In this document: positions 46,655 through 56,818 of the stretch, one piece after another
Position numbering within the stretch: the stretch's first letter is position 1
Layout of the letters: each line of letters starts with the position of its first letter
Origin: a virus
UHGV virus genome: UHGV-0211740
Length of the DNA: 64,000 nucleotides
Direction: 5' to 3' (one strand)
The notes under the pieces: generated by a model
Told to the model about the DNA's origin: nothing
Database searches by the model: none
What the model saw: only the letters and a program-made list of their open reading frames with translations
Translations under genes and position numbers: made by a program

Positions 46655-48024
46655 TGGAAAAAGGGCAGTACGATGTAGGCACAGATGCTGCCCTTGTTGC
46701 AATCATGAGTGGTGAGAATGTCTTCGTAAGTGGACCTGGTGGAACCGGGAAGACATATCTTATCAACATGATCCAGTCCATGTATGGAGACTCTTGCATA
46801 ACGGTTGCCCCGACAGGGGTAGCCGCTTTAAACGTTAATGGAGCAACAGCGCACCGAACTTTCGATCTTGCCGCAGGTGTGAGCATGGAGTCAGACTGGA
46901 CAGCAATAAGGGCAAAAACAGCAAAGCCTCTGAAAAGCAAGGCATTTACCATCCTAATTATCGATGAAATCTCTATGATCCGTGCTGACAAGTTCATAGA
47001 GATGGATAGAAAACTCCGCTTTCTTCGGAAAAATGACAAACCTTTCGGAGGCATTCAGGTGTTATTGTTTGGAGATTTCTACCAAGCTCCTCCAGTTGTC
47101 TCTTCTATGGAGAAAGAAGCCTACTTCAACTTCTACCACACAGATCTGTGTTGCTATACAGAGTCTTGGGAGGATCTTAATCTTCACAATATAGCTTTAG
47201 TAGACCAGTTCCGTCAGGAATCTGTTCGCTTCGCCACAATGTTGAACTGTGTTCGTGAAGGTCGTCGCATAAAAGAGGTTGTAGCAGAGCTTAACACTCG
47301 TTGCTATCATGGTGGTGTCCCAACAGATGCCTTGACCATCTGTGCCACCAATAAGCAAGCAGAGGAGGTGAACAGACGTTTCTATGATGCCATCAAGGCT
47401 CCAGAGAAGACCTACATTGGTAAAATGAAAGGTAAGTTCCCCTCCACACTGCCTGTGGAGCAGGAAATGAGGCTGAAGATAGGGATGAAGGTTATGATAA
47501 CCTCAAACGATGTTGACCCGACACACAAAGTTCCGTACTATGTCAACGGGACACGCGCCACAGTGGTAAAATTCAAGACCAAGTCTGTGGTGGTTGAGCT
47601 GGAAGACGGGACACAGGTTGAAATTGAGCCGAGATTGTGGGAGAATAACGAGTACAAACCTTCCCAGAGGTACAATATTGCCGAAAGGAAGATGGAGAAG
47701 TTCATAGAGAGGGTTGTGATCGGGTCTTATGAGCAACTTCCTTTGAAATCTGGGTACGCAGTAACATCGCATAAAAGTCAAGGACTTACGTTAGATTGTT
47801 ACAACCTAGACCTCGGAAAGAACGGAGCTTTCTCTCCCGGAATGACGTATGTTGCCTTGAGTCGGGTTAAGACGATACAAGGAATAAACTTGTTGCGTCC
47901 ATTAAGAGAGGTGGATATTATTGTTGACCCGAGAGTCGTAGAGTTTTATAATACAACTTTCCCTGGCTTAGACGAGAAAGTCAGGAAAGATTTTGAAACT
48001 AGAGCAGAAAAGGGGGACGTATGA
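46654..48024 (+). CDS. SF1B helicase, Dda/RecD/Pif1-like
   Basis: Walker A GPGGTGKT; Walker B ILIIDEISM; GDFYQAPPV; VTSHKSQGLT. Confidence 0.75.
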   Translation: MEKGQYDVGTDAALVAIMSGENVFVSGPGGTGKTYLINMIQSMYGDSCITVAPTGVAALNVNGATAHRTFDLAAGVSMESDWTAIRAKTAKPLKSKAFTILIIDEISMIRADKFIEMDRKLRFLRKNDKPFGGIQVLLFGDFYQAPPVVSSMEKEAYFNFYHTDLCCYTESWEDLNLHNIALVDQFRQESVRFATMLNCVREGRRIKEVVAELNTRCYHGGVPTDALTICATNKQAEEVNRRFYDAIKAPEKTYIGKMKGKFPSTLPVEQEMRLKIGMKVMITSNDVDPTHKVPYYVNGTRATVVKFKTKSVVVELEDGTQVEIEPRLWENNEYKPSQRYNIAERKMEKFIERVVIGSYEQLPLKSGYAVTSHKSQGLTLDCYNLDLGKNGAFSPGMTYVALSRVKTIQGINLLRPLREVDIIVDPRVVEFYNTTFPGLDEKVRKDFETRAEKGDV

Positions 48025-48362
48025 GTTTGTGGAGAAATATAGTTAACTACGTGTGCGGTAATCCAAATCCTGAAGAGAAGGATGTTGTGATTCACGATTT
48101 TACTAAAAGATCTCGTGAAAAAGACCTACTGCTAATGAGAGTTGTTGATAAAGATCCTGCAGTAGGGGACTGGGCAGGTTTTGCGTTCACATCGGACAAA
48201 TATACCTTTAACAAAGGTGACTATCTTGTTGTGGATTTTAACGAAGACATCGAGGGTGCTGAACCTTACTACCAAACCCTTATTGTTGCAGAGTGTATCG
48301 AGCTCTCTGCAACCGCGCACAGTTTAATTCTTTTTGAGCTTGACTCTGAAGATCTTCAGTAG
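48021..48362 (+). CDS. hypothetical protein
   Basis: ORF track; 4-nt overlap with helicase. Confidence 0.45.
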   Translation: MSLWRNIVNYVCGNPNPEEKDVVIHDFTKRSREKDLLLMRVVDKDPAVGDWAGFAFTSDKYTFNKGDYLVVDFNEDIEGAEPYYQTLIVAECIELSATAHSLILFELDSEDLQ

Positions 48363-48379
48363 TAAGATGTGAGTATAAA

Positions 48380-48397
48380 GGGGAGGAACTCCTCCCC
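48380..48397. promoter_or_regulatory. intergenic hairpin GGGGAGG-AACT-CCTCCCC
   Basis: 7-bp perfect stem; no T-tract; same GGGAGG...CCTCCC family as the hairpin before the polymerase gene. Confidence 0.35.
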
Positions 48398-48422
48398 ACA
48401 AAACTAAGGAGAGCACCAAACG

Positions 48423-48725
48423 ATGAAGCGTTATAAACCCTATACTTTTGAAATCGATTTCGAACTGGATGATATGTTTACTGTGGAGGCTCAGGCGGTT
48501 GTCCAGTTGCCAGACCCTGAGTGTCATGATTCCGATGTTGATTATTATGGATTTAGACAGATCACGGATGTGCATGTTTACCACAACGGTGAAGAGATTG
48601 ACTTTCACCAACTACCAAACGATCTGCGCCACTCGATTTACAAACGTGCAGCCCGTGAACTGGAGTCTTATCTAGATGCAGCGACAACAGCGGCTGCATT
48701 TGCTGAAGAGGTAGGAGGTTTCTGA
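48423..48725 (+). CDS. hypothetical small protein
   Basis: ORF track; AAGGAGAG RBS. Confidence 0.5.
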   Translation: MKRYKPYTFEIDFELDDMFTVEAQAVVQLPDPECHDSDVDYYGFRQITDVHVYHNGEEIDFHQLPNDLRHSIYKRAARELESYLDAATTAAAFAEEVGGF

Positions 48726-49120
48726 TGATTACTGATGTGAAGATTCTCCAATACTCCTTAACCAAGCTAGAAGATGCTGAAAAAGAGCTTGCAGAAGTCC
48801 TTAACAACGGATACACTATGCTGACCTGCTCCTGCTCAGACTCCTACGCCGTGTGGACACTTATTAAGAAGGAAGAGCCTGCAGGGATCTTGGTGTCTAA
48901 CCCCAAGATTATTAGCGAGATGGATGAATACTCTCAGGACGGGCTGCCAGAAGGCTGGGAAGTGTGGGAAGGTGGTGAAAACCCTGCGCCAGGTAAGTGG
49001 GTAAAATACAAGCTACGGAGTGGTGCACAGTACGCTGACTTCTCCGATGATTTGGACTGGAGTCATTCCTCACCTGGATCATCTGCAAGTTTGTACGATA
49101 TCGTAGCTTTTCAAGAATGA
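48725..49120 (+). CDS. hypothetical protein
   Basis: ORF track; start overlaps upstream stop. Confidence 0.45.
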   Translation: MITDVKILQYSLTKLEDAEKELAEVLNNGYTMLTCSCSDSYAVWTLIKKEEPAGILVSNPKIISEMDEYSQDGLPEGWEVWEGGENPAPGKWVKYKLRSGAQYADFSDDLDWSHSSPGSSASLYDIVAFQE

Positions 49121-49132
49121 GGAGAAGGAGTT

Positions 49133-49615
49133 ATGTCGGATTTTATGTGGAAAGTAGGTTACGCTTCTCCGGAAATGTGTGAGGCCTGTTTTGTAAAAAT
49201 AGGACGAGAAGATATTGACAAAGTGATCCTTAAGTTTCGTGATGTAGCTGTGATCGGCAACCGAGTGCTTAAGCACTTAAAGAATCTGAAGCTCACCAAA
49301 AAGAAGTTCTTTGGGCTTTTCGAAGAAAAAGTCGATGCTTGGACCCATTGCATCCAGGAAGCTAAATCTCACTACAGTGCTATCGTTACTCCAGAACGGG
49401 TAGCCAAGATGGAAGGATTTATCAACAGCACAGAGTTTGAGTGCCTAAAGGCTGCCCTTAATAGTTATCCAAAATGCCTCAAACACCTTGACAAATATGT
49501 AGAAAAGGATGGGGAAATGTATCTCACCCTTGACGCATACTATGAGATGCAAGAAATTTTAAATTTAGATTTGACATTGGTATCCACCGAGTATACAATA
49601 GGTATCCGGGTTTAA
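49133..49615 (+). CDS. hypothetical protein
   Basis: ORF track; GAGGAGAAGGAG RBS. Confidence 0.5.
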   Translation: MSDFMWKVGYASPEMCEACFVKIGREDIDKVILKFRDVAVIGNRVLKHLKNLKLTKKKFFGLFEEKVDAWTHCIQEAKSHYSAIVTPERVAKMEGFINSTEFECLKAALNSYPKCLKHLDKYVEKDGEMYLTLDAYYEMQEILNLDLTLVSTEYTIGIRV

Positions 49616-49620
49616 CACTA

Positions 49621-49648
49621 GGCCCTGCCCGAAAGGGTGGGGCTTTTT
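49621..49648 (+). terminator. rho-independent terminator (GGCCCTGCC-GAAA-GGGTGGGGC-TTTTT)
   Basis: GNRA-loop hairpin then T5; near-identical copy at 60037. Confidence 0.6.
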
Positions 49649-49666
49649 GCATTAGGAGACAGCAAA

Positions 49667-50431
49667 TTGAAATTTATCTATAAAGAACACTACCACAAAG
49701 GTGTTGTGTGGAGTCTATTTGACGGGTCTGGCGGTGCAGTCATTGACTGGGCAAAAGCTGGGTATCTGTGCCTGTGCTTTAACGCAGAAGGTGCTGACCA
49801 CGGCAGTTATGCAGAGGTGATAACCGATCATCCAAATATTCACTATGTAGATTATTGGATTGATCCATGGTTTCCTCAGGAAACTTTCTGCATGTACCCA
49901 GCTCCGGACTTTGTTCTTGCATTTCCTCCGTGCACTCACTTAGCGGTGTCCGGTGCTGCACACTTTAAGAAGAAACTGGCTAAGGATCCGCTGATCCAAA
50001 TTAATGCTGTAAAGGATGCTCGGGTTGCGGAAGAGTTGGGAGAGATTTACGATTGCCCGTGGCATGTAGAGAATCCTGTTGGAGTTATGTCCACATTGTG
50101 GCGCAAACCTGACTACCGTTTTCACCCTTCTGATTATGGCGGGTATTTACCGGAAGATGATGTAAACCCATGGTTTCCTGAATTTATAGCTCCACGTGAT
50201 GCCTATCCAAAAATAACTTGCGGATGGATAGGTAATGGATTTATAATCCCAGCCACAAAACCTGTCCCGCAAATAGTTGATGTGGTTAGCGGTTATTCCA
50301 TGCAACACGCTAAGCTAGGTGGAAAAAGTGCAAGGACGAAGATGATTCGAAGCCTTACACCACGTGGCTGGGCAAAAGCAGTATTCTTAGCAAACGAGCC
50401 TGCAGTAAGGAGCAGAATTAATGGGAAGTAA
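49667..50431 (+). CDS. DNA cytosine-5 methyltransferase-like protein (short, atypical)
   Basis: ORF track 49637..50431; TTG 49667 after AGGAG; motif I LFDGSGG, motif IV-like FPPCTHLAVSG, motif VI-like VENPVG; start uncertain. Confidence 0.4.
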   Translation: MKFIYKEHYHKGVVWSLFDGSGGAVIDWAKAGYLCLCFNAEGADHGSYAEVITDHPNIHYVDYWIDPWFPQETFCMYPAPDFVLAFPPCTHLAVSGAAHFKKKLAKDPLIQINAVKDARVAEELGEIYDCPWHVENPVGVMSTLWRKPDYRFHPSDYGGYLPEDDVNPWFPEFIAPRDAYPKITCGWIGNGFIIPATKPVPQIVDVVSGYSMQHAKLGGKSARTKMIRSLTPRGWAKAVFLANEPAVRSRINGK

Positions 50432-52499
50432 ATTCATGGCATCTGCATATAACCGTTTCGGTGAGCCAAACCCGAAAGCAACTAAGTATAAAAGTGGGGG
50501 AAGTGTGAAACGAGACTATCGTGATGAAAAAGAAGTTGAAACTGTAGAGACTGTTTTAGAAAATACTAAAATTGTTCCTGTTCCACAACAAAATATCGGA
50601 CTGATGGCTGCACAGTATTTCGGTGTACGATCATCCCTATCCCAAGAGGATGGTGTAACTGTTACTGCCACCTACTTCCCGTATTATGACCGCTACGGGA
50701 ATCTATCTGGCTTTAAAAAGCGCGACTGGACAATCCCTAAAGAGCAAAGGGGCCATTTCTCAGTTGTTGGCATAGTAAAAGCCAACTCCCAGATGTTTGG
50801 TCAAAAGCTGTGTGCATCCTCCAACAACCGTAAGCAGATTAACGTTTGTGAGGGGGAAGGTGATGTTATTGCAGCGTGGCAGGCTGCATATCAGATACAA
50901 GTAAAAGGAATTCTCACCAATGCCAAGGCCCCAGCAAAGGTTAAGCAGTGGGCTAAAGAGGTCCAGGACGGGATCGATGCAGTTATCAACGGGGGTGATC
51001 TGGCAGGAAAACCATGTCTACCTTTTGTTGGAATTAACTGTGGGTGTGCAAACGCAGTAGATACTTTTGCAAACAATGAGAAATTTATCCGTAGCTACGG
51101 AACAGTGGTCCTTGCAATGGACAACGATGCAGCTAACGAGGTAGAGAAGCAAAAACACGTTATCAAAGGTGTTGAAGCCACACATAATATTGCAGCATTT
51201 TTGATGGCTGATAATGTTTACCATGTGGAATACCCTGGTGAGGTGAACGACCCTGACGGTGTAAAAGATATCCGTGACATGCTGAAGGCTAAAAAGCTGG
51301 AAGATATTGTCAACATGTTCCGTCACCCAGTTAAATATGTGCCTGATGCTGTATCTGATTTAGAAGACTTTTCCATTGAATCTCTTCGTAAGAAGACTTC
51401 CAATGGCGTGGATATCAGTGCAGAGTTCCCTAAACTACAGAAGATGCTGAAAGGACTCCACAAAGGCACCTTGATGATGCTGACAGGCCCATCTGGTGGT
51501 GGTAAAACAACTGTAGCCAAGAAACTGGAACACTGCATTGCAAGATATTTGATGGATCCGACATGCCCTAAAGCCGATGATTATGAAGAGGATGATCGCC
51601 TGTGTATGATCCACCTTGAAGAGGATCCTGAGGAAGCAATAAACTCTCTATACGCTAACCAGTTGGGGTTTGATGTTAAAGAGTTTGTTGAAGACCCTAG
51701 TCAGTTCCTGACCGATCAGGAGCATGCTGAGATTCACCAATCTTGGGCCAAAGCTGGAAAAATCAAAGTGTTCAAGCATTTTGGTTCTATCCCTGTAGAT
51801 GAGCTGATCACTAAGCTTAAACAAATGGTGTGTCTGTATCACTGCCGTTACATTGTGCTGGATCACCTGTCCATGGTAATTTCAGGGCTTAATGTTAAGG
51901 ATGAGCGAAAAGAACTTGACATGGCTATGACTCAACTAGCCGCGTTCTGTAAGCAGTTTAATGTATTTATCTTGGTGATCGCTCACCTGAAACGCACAGA
52001 GATTGTGCCTCCAAAGGACAAGGATGGGAATCCGTTACCTTTCTGGTATCCTGTACGAAAAGAGAACCTTCGAGGTAGTGCTGGATTGGAACAACTTAGC
52101 TGGGTAGTTGTTGGGGTAGAGGCAGAAGAGATGGTGGATCGTTCCCGTGGACGTGTCCGGCTGGTAGGTCTTAAAAACCGCCCAGCAAAAACGTTAGGCA
52201 TTGCGGACACCTTAGTTATGGATCCTCACACAGGTAAGTTCCATGATGCCAGCAATTGGTACTGGGACAAAGAAATGCAGATGTTCACAGACGGCGAAGG
52301 TGGGGAGGTTGTTTGGAGACCTCAAGCTATGTTTGAGGATCAAGAGCACGCAGTTGTAGAAACACCTGTAGGCAGGGTTGTGGCTGATAAGGTTGTAACT
52401 CCTACTGTTAACCCTGTTGACACACAAGAAGACCTTCCGTATGATGATCCGTCCTCTGACCCTGTTCCCGGTTTTGAAGACGATGAAACACCTTTTTAA
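50421..52499 (+). CDS. primase-helicase (TOPRIM plus DnaB-family SF4 helicase)
   Basis: TOPRIM CEGEGD and MDNDAANE; helicase Walker A GPSGGGKTT, Walker B IVLDHLS. Confidence 0.7.
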   Translation: MGSKFMASAYNRFGEPNPKATKYKSGGSVKRDYRDEKEVETVETVLENTKIVPVPQQNIGLMAAQYFGVRSSLSQEDGVTVTATYFPYYDRYGNLSGFKKRDWTIPKEQRGHFSVVGIVKANSQMFGQKLCASSNNRKQINVCEGEGDVIAAWQAAYQIQVKGILTNAKAPAKVKQWAKEVQDGIDAVINGGDLAGKPCLPFVGINCGCANAVDTFANNEKFIRSYGTVVLAMDNDAANEVEKQKHVIKGVEATHNIAAFLMADNVYHVEYPGEVNDPDGVKDIRDMLKAKKLEDIVNMFRHPVKYVPDAVSDLEDFSIESLRKKTSNGVDISAEFPKLQKMLKGLHKGTLMMLTGPSGGGKTTVAKKLEHCIARYLMDPTCPKADDYEEDDRLCMIHLEEDPEEAINSLYANQLGFDVKEFVEDPSQFLTDQEHAEIHQSWAKAGKIKVFKHFGSIPVDELITKLKQMVCLYHCRYIVLDHLSMVISGLNVKDERKELDMAMTQLAAFCKQFNVFILVIAHLKRTEIVPPKDKDGNPLPFWYPVRKENLRGSAGLEQLSWVVVGVEAEEMVDRSRGRVRLVGLKNRPAKTLGIADTLVMDPHTGKFHDASNWYWDKEMQMFTDGEGGEVVWRPQAMFEDQEHAVVETPVGRVVADKVVTPTVNPVDTQEDLPYDDPSSDPVPGFEDDETPF

Positions 52500-52514
52500 T
52501 GTTTAACCAAGAGT

Positions 52515-52540
52515 GGGAGGGGTAGTACAACCGCCTCCCC
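52515..52540. promoter_or_regulatory. intergenic hairpin GGGAGG(GG)-loop-(CC)CCTCCC
   Basis: Between primase-helicase stop and polymerase RBS. Confidence 0.3.
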
Positions 52541-52557
52541 TTTAAGGAGAACTGTAT

Positions 52558-54981
52558 ATGAGTATGTGGTCTTTCGACCTGGAGGCCTCTGGTTTACTAG
52601 AAGACCTAGATCTTTATTATCACTGCGGCTTGTTTAAAGAGTTGAATAAGAACCGTTTTATGCTGTTCCTTCCTCTAAATGACCGCACACACTACTCTGA
52701 AGAGGATATAGAGAAGGCTAAGAACTTTATTCTGGCAAAGAAAACTCTTTATAAAGATTTTGAAGTTCGCATAGCAGATTTTTCAGAGTTGGAAGGTTGG
52801 CTTACAGGCAATTCTGACTGGTCACCCACAGCTTTGAACTGCCACAACTGCTACAGCTACGACTTTATGCTGATGGAGAGATTGTCCGGTATTCATTTTG
52901 ATATGTTCCGTGATCCTAAGTGTATGGGAACTATCAACGACCACCAGGTTAATCTGTTTGATACATTGGCTATGAGCCGAATCTTGTGGCCTGACCGACC
53001 TTTGCCAAAAGGTTGTCCAGACTCAGTATTCAACCCAGTTACTAAGAAAATGCAACCTGTTGGACCTCACGGTCTTATGGCATGGGGCTATGCTCTTGGT
53101 AACCAAAAAGTTCAAATTGATGACTGGCGCGAGCTTCCGTTGTGGAAGTATGTGGATCGTGTGTTCGAGGACGTTATCATCCAAGAGCTACTCTGGAAAG
53201 AGTTGGTAGCGGAATCAAAAGGTGTATTCTACGGCAAATCTGACATGCAGAACTTTATGTACGATCCTGCCAAAGAGAAGCCGAAAGGGTTCAAAAAGAT
53301 CACCTGGAAGAATGCATTGCGTCGAGGCATGCTGCAGCACTTCCTGATGGAGCTGCAGGCCCGTCAGGGTGTGTATTTTGACATAGACGGGGCTATTGCT
53401 TTACGTGACCGCTGTGATGCGTGGATGAAGGAGATCGCTGATCGTGTTGAACCTCAACTCCCTTTAAAAGAGTTATCAATATCTCAGCGGCCTAAATTCC
53501 CTGAAAAGCCGTTTAACCAAGATGGGACAATTTCCAATAACGGCTGGAAATGGTTAAAAGATAAACTTGGCTATCCTGTGGACATGAGCGCTTTAGAGTT
53601 CAAAGCCCCGCCTAAGCGAGCATTTACCTCCACAGGAGATGTCAGTAAAATGGGGATAAAATGGTGTGAAGAGATGGGCTGCAAAGACCCAGACAAGATG
53701 GCTGATTTCTTGAGGGGGTATATTAAAGGCACCTCCACACCACACCCTTTACCTAAAGAGCTGATGGATCAGGCAATAAGTGATCTGCAGCAGAAGCGAA
53801 TGCCGGAATGCAAGATACCTATGAAAATCAGCAATCAGGACGATATTAAGCGATACCTGATCAGTGCTGGTTGGCTTCCAACAATGTGGAGAACTAAAGA
53901 TGTAACTAAAGACAGTAAGAAGAAAGCTTTACCTGATGCAGATGTTGATGCACGAGTATATGCATATATGGACGAGCTTTTAGAGTCAGAGTATTGTGAC
54001 CTGATTATCAACTTCTGGAACAAAACTGATGCTAAGTTCCAGACAACTGTGCACAAGTTCCGAAGCTTCCCTAACTCCGAAAGGATTAAAAAAGAAGTAT
54101 TCGGGAAAATACGTAGAAAAGCCAGGGCACTTATCACTTCTCCACAACTGAAAGATACGTTTGGGCACCTGTGCCCGAATCTTGAAAAATTGAACGGAGA
54201 AATGGCTAAGGACATCGTCTTGTGGTTATCCTTGCGAAACCGCAGGTCGGTCCTTGATCCAATCAAGGAGGATAAGGTTGATACTGGTCTTCTTAATCAT
54301 CCACGTTTGAAGATTGACCATAAGCTTCCTGCTAAAAGCTCTGGATTAACAAACACTTCCAGACAGAAACACAGTATTTGTGCAAACATGCCTAAACCAT
54401 CTCCGAAAGTGGTTATGGGTAAAGAGATGCGTAGTCTGTGGGGTGTTCCTCCTGGATACTTTGAGATCGGTATTGACGGGTCCAACTTAGAGCAGCTTAT
54501 CGGGGCTTGGGGTGCCTTTGAGTTCGACAACGGCCTGTATTATGATGTTGTAAGTAACGGGGACGCGCACCAAAACAATGCTGAGGCGTATACAAAAGTA
54601 GCAGGAAGAGAGGTATCTCGTAATGACGGTAAACCTATCACGTATGGGGTTATGTACGGGGCACAAAAAGATAAAGTTGCAGACATGCTGGATATCTCTC
54701 CAGAATTGGGACAAAAGGTAATCGATGCTCTCTGGGATGCTAACCCCGGCCTTAAGGGGCGTAAAGAGGACTTGGAGAAATTCTGGGAAGCAACAGGTAA
54801 GAAATTTATCTACTCTTTTGATGGTCATGCCATCTGGACCCGCTCTAAACACTCTTTGCTTAATGCATACCAACAAAATGGCGGTGCATCGTTGTGTGAC
54901 TTGGTTGGGATACTCATGCACCACCAGATGGTGAAGCGTGGGTGGTATGATGAAGGTGTTCGTCGTATTATTTATTACCAT
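52558..54981 (+). CDS. DNA polymerase, family A, exon 1 (3'-5' exo domain to first half of motif C)
   Basis: Exo I SFDLEASG; motif B RNDGKPITYGVMYGAQ; ends ...RRIIYYH then an in-frame stop. Confidence 0.75.
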
Positions 54982-55257
54982 AAATAACATTGTGGCTTCA
55001 TAGAGCAATCTATGTCGAATAACCTCTTTAACTGCGGGAAGCCTAAACCTTATGGCAAGGTAATCCGCAACGAAGCGCTCAAAAGAGCGAACGCTCAGAG
55101 GCCATTCCGAAAGGAAGTAGACCAGCAAGTGCGGTCGAAATGGGAGGGTTCCTATGGTTGTTTACCCTAGGAATGTGAGATGGTCCGATCCTACGTGAAA
55201 ACGTATGGCTATGCACGTAATGGTGCGGGGTAGCTTAACGACCTACCTGAACTATTG
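54982..55257 (+). other. putative group I self-splicing intron (276 nt, no ORF) in the DNA polymerase gene
   Basis: Exons in the same frame; joining gives RRIIYYH-DEYQLQV (motif C); 5' exon ends in U, intron ends in G; IGS GUGG; P-like ACUGCGGGAA and Q-like AAUCCGCAAC. Confidence 0.6.
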
Positions 55258-55611
55258 GATGAGTACCAACTTCAAGTACCTGATACACCTAAATATAAAA
55301 CTGTGTACACCTTCGACACAATTGAAGAGTTGGAGGAGTTCAAAGCCAAGCAGGAAGCCAAACTTCATGTGTTCGACGGTCATAAGTACAAAAAGGCACG
55401 CAAGGATGAGGATGGAAACGAAGTAGTTGACAGTAATGGGAATACGGTATACGATCCTATCCTGAACGATGACGGAAAGCTTGAACTTATCTGGAGCCCT
55501 GTGGGTGAAATGGTGGTACATTGCTTCTGGCAAGCGTCTAAAATGATGGGAGTCCCATTCCAGATCACAGGTGAGTACTTGTGTGGTCGTAACTGGGGTG
55601 ATTGTCACTAA
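55258..55611 (+). CDS. DNA polymerase, family A, exon 2 (second half of motif C to C-terminus)
   Basis: In frame with exon 1; begins DEYQLQV; ends GRNWGDCH, like the Pol I terminus. Confidence 0.65.
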   Translation, partial: DEYQLQVPDTPKYKTVYTFDTIEELEEFKAKQEAKLHVFDGHKYKKARKDEDGNEVVDSNGNTVYDPILNDDGKLELIWSPVGEMVVHCFWQASKMMGVPFQITGEYLCGRNWGDCH

Positions 55612-55660
55612 TGTAAACTATCAGCACAGGGAGGTGCTGTTGAGCAGAGAGGAGACTTTT

Positions 55661-55945
55661 ATGGTAGTAGAACCAACAAAAACATTTACATCCATGACTA
55701 TTCCTGTTATTATGCAGGTGAAATGCGTTCAGGTGTCCCAAGTATGGCCAGGTACTAAAATACCAACAGGGCCAGATTTCTTTCAAGTTGACAAAGTGTA
55801 CAATGTCTGGAAGGCACCAGACTGCTACCCTTTCATTAAAGATGACCGTGGAATGCTGTGGTATCTGGGAAATGATTTGACACTACATCTCGGAAATGCT
55901 ATTATTGCAGTGTTCCAGCTTAATAAGAAGGAGACAGATCAATGA
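55661..55945 (+). CDS. hypothetical small protein
   Basis: ORF track 55571..55945; ATG 55661 after GAGAGGAG. Confidence 0.45.
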   Translation: MVVEPTKTFTSMTIPVIMQVKCVQVSQVWPGTKIPTGPDFFQVDKVYNVWKAPDCYPFIKDDRGMLWYLGNDLTLHLGNAIIAVFQLNKKETDQ

Positions 55946-56169
55946 TAACTTTTGTTAAAGCTACGTTTGTAGAAGAAAAGATGACAGACCTATCGTTCTT
56001 TAAAGAAGGTAAGGTCTACAAGGTTTATTACGACAAGGATCGCAGAAACAATATGATCGAAGACGAGGAAGGTATCGCCTGGTTTATCTCCCATCTGGCA
56101 AACGGTGAGTATCATATCTATGGGACCACCCTGCTTGCCAAGTTTGTAGCTGTGGAAGAGAGCCTATGA
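55942..56169 (+). CDS. hypothetical small protein
   Basis: ORF track; AAGGAGA RBS. Confidence 0.45.
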   Translation: MITFVKATFVEEKMTDLSFFKEGKVYKVYYDKDRRNNMIEDEEGIAWFISHLANGEYHIYGTTLLAKFVAVEESL

Positions 56170-56360
56170 AAGTAAAGTATCTGGCTGAGGGCATGAGTAG
56201 GTATTTTACCCTTGGAGAGGAATATTGGCCCTTTACAAGTAACGGCGATGTCTACGTGAAAGATAATTTCGGCACGCCGTGGTTTCTGCACTCTAATGGG
56301 CTGGGATACTCCATTTACTGCGGTGCAGTGAACAACACAACTCTTGCAGAGTTTGTATAG
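56166..56360 (+). CDS. hypothetical small protein
   Basis: ORF track; 4-nt overlap. Confidence 0.4.
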   Translation: MKVKYLAEGMSRYFTLGEEYWPFTSNGDVYVKDNFGTPWFLHSNGLGYSIYCGAVNNTTLAEFV

Positions 56361-56370
56361 AGGAGGTAGA

Positions 56371-56742
56371 ATGTTAGTAAAAGGTACCCACACAGTCAAA
56401 CAACGTATCGAAGTTGAGATCGATGACTGCGAGCTGAAGCATATTTTACGGTCATGCTCCAACGTTTTGCTCCTTAGTATTCTCCAGGAGCGAGCGGAGA
56501 ACGAGTTCTTAAATGCACTGGCAGGCCGCCCTGGTGACTTCTGTGTGCGTAAGCGTGGTGACAACAAGTCATGGTTGTGGGAAATCGATGCCGACTGGGA
56601 TTACCACAAAAATGAGGGTATAGATGAGCCTATTCGTGAATTGACAGACAAAGAGGTGCAGATGTACAATGAAGTTTGTCATTGGGCAACACGCCAACAA
56701 ATTTACCTCGACCCTGTGTGGCTGATTGAAAATAGCCATTGA
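56371..56742 (+). CDS. hypothetical protein
   Basis: ORF track 56344..56742; ATG 56371 after AGGAGG. Confidence 0.5.
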   Translation: MLVKGTHTVKQRIEVEIDDCELKHILRSCSNVLLLSILQERAENEFLNALAGRPGDFCVRKRGDNKSWLWEIDADWDYHKNEGIDEPIRELTDKEVQMYNEVCHWATRQQIYLDPVWLIENSH

Positions 56743-56767
56743 CAAGAAGTAAGATTAGATATAAGAT
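56739..56767 (+). promoter_or_regulatory. sigma70-like promoter TTGACA-17-TAAGAT
   Basis: Read directly; -35 overlaps upstream stop. Confidence 0.5.
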
Positions 56768-56818
56768 GCTTCACACAAACAGAGCGTTGATTTTTAAATA
56801 ACCAAGGAGACTGCCAAG

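Noticed and set aside
54487-55128. 213-aa minus-strand ORF across the end of polymerase exon 1 and the intron
   Set aside because: Antisense to conserved polymerase motifs; the region is better explained by exon 1 plus intron.
55205-55426. Plus-strand ORF starting inside the intron
   Set aside because: Out of frame with polymerase exon 2 and begins within the putative intron; exon 2 in the polymerase frame gives a motif C continuation.
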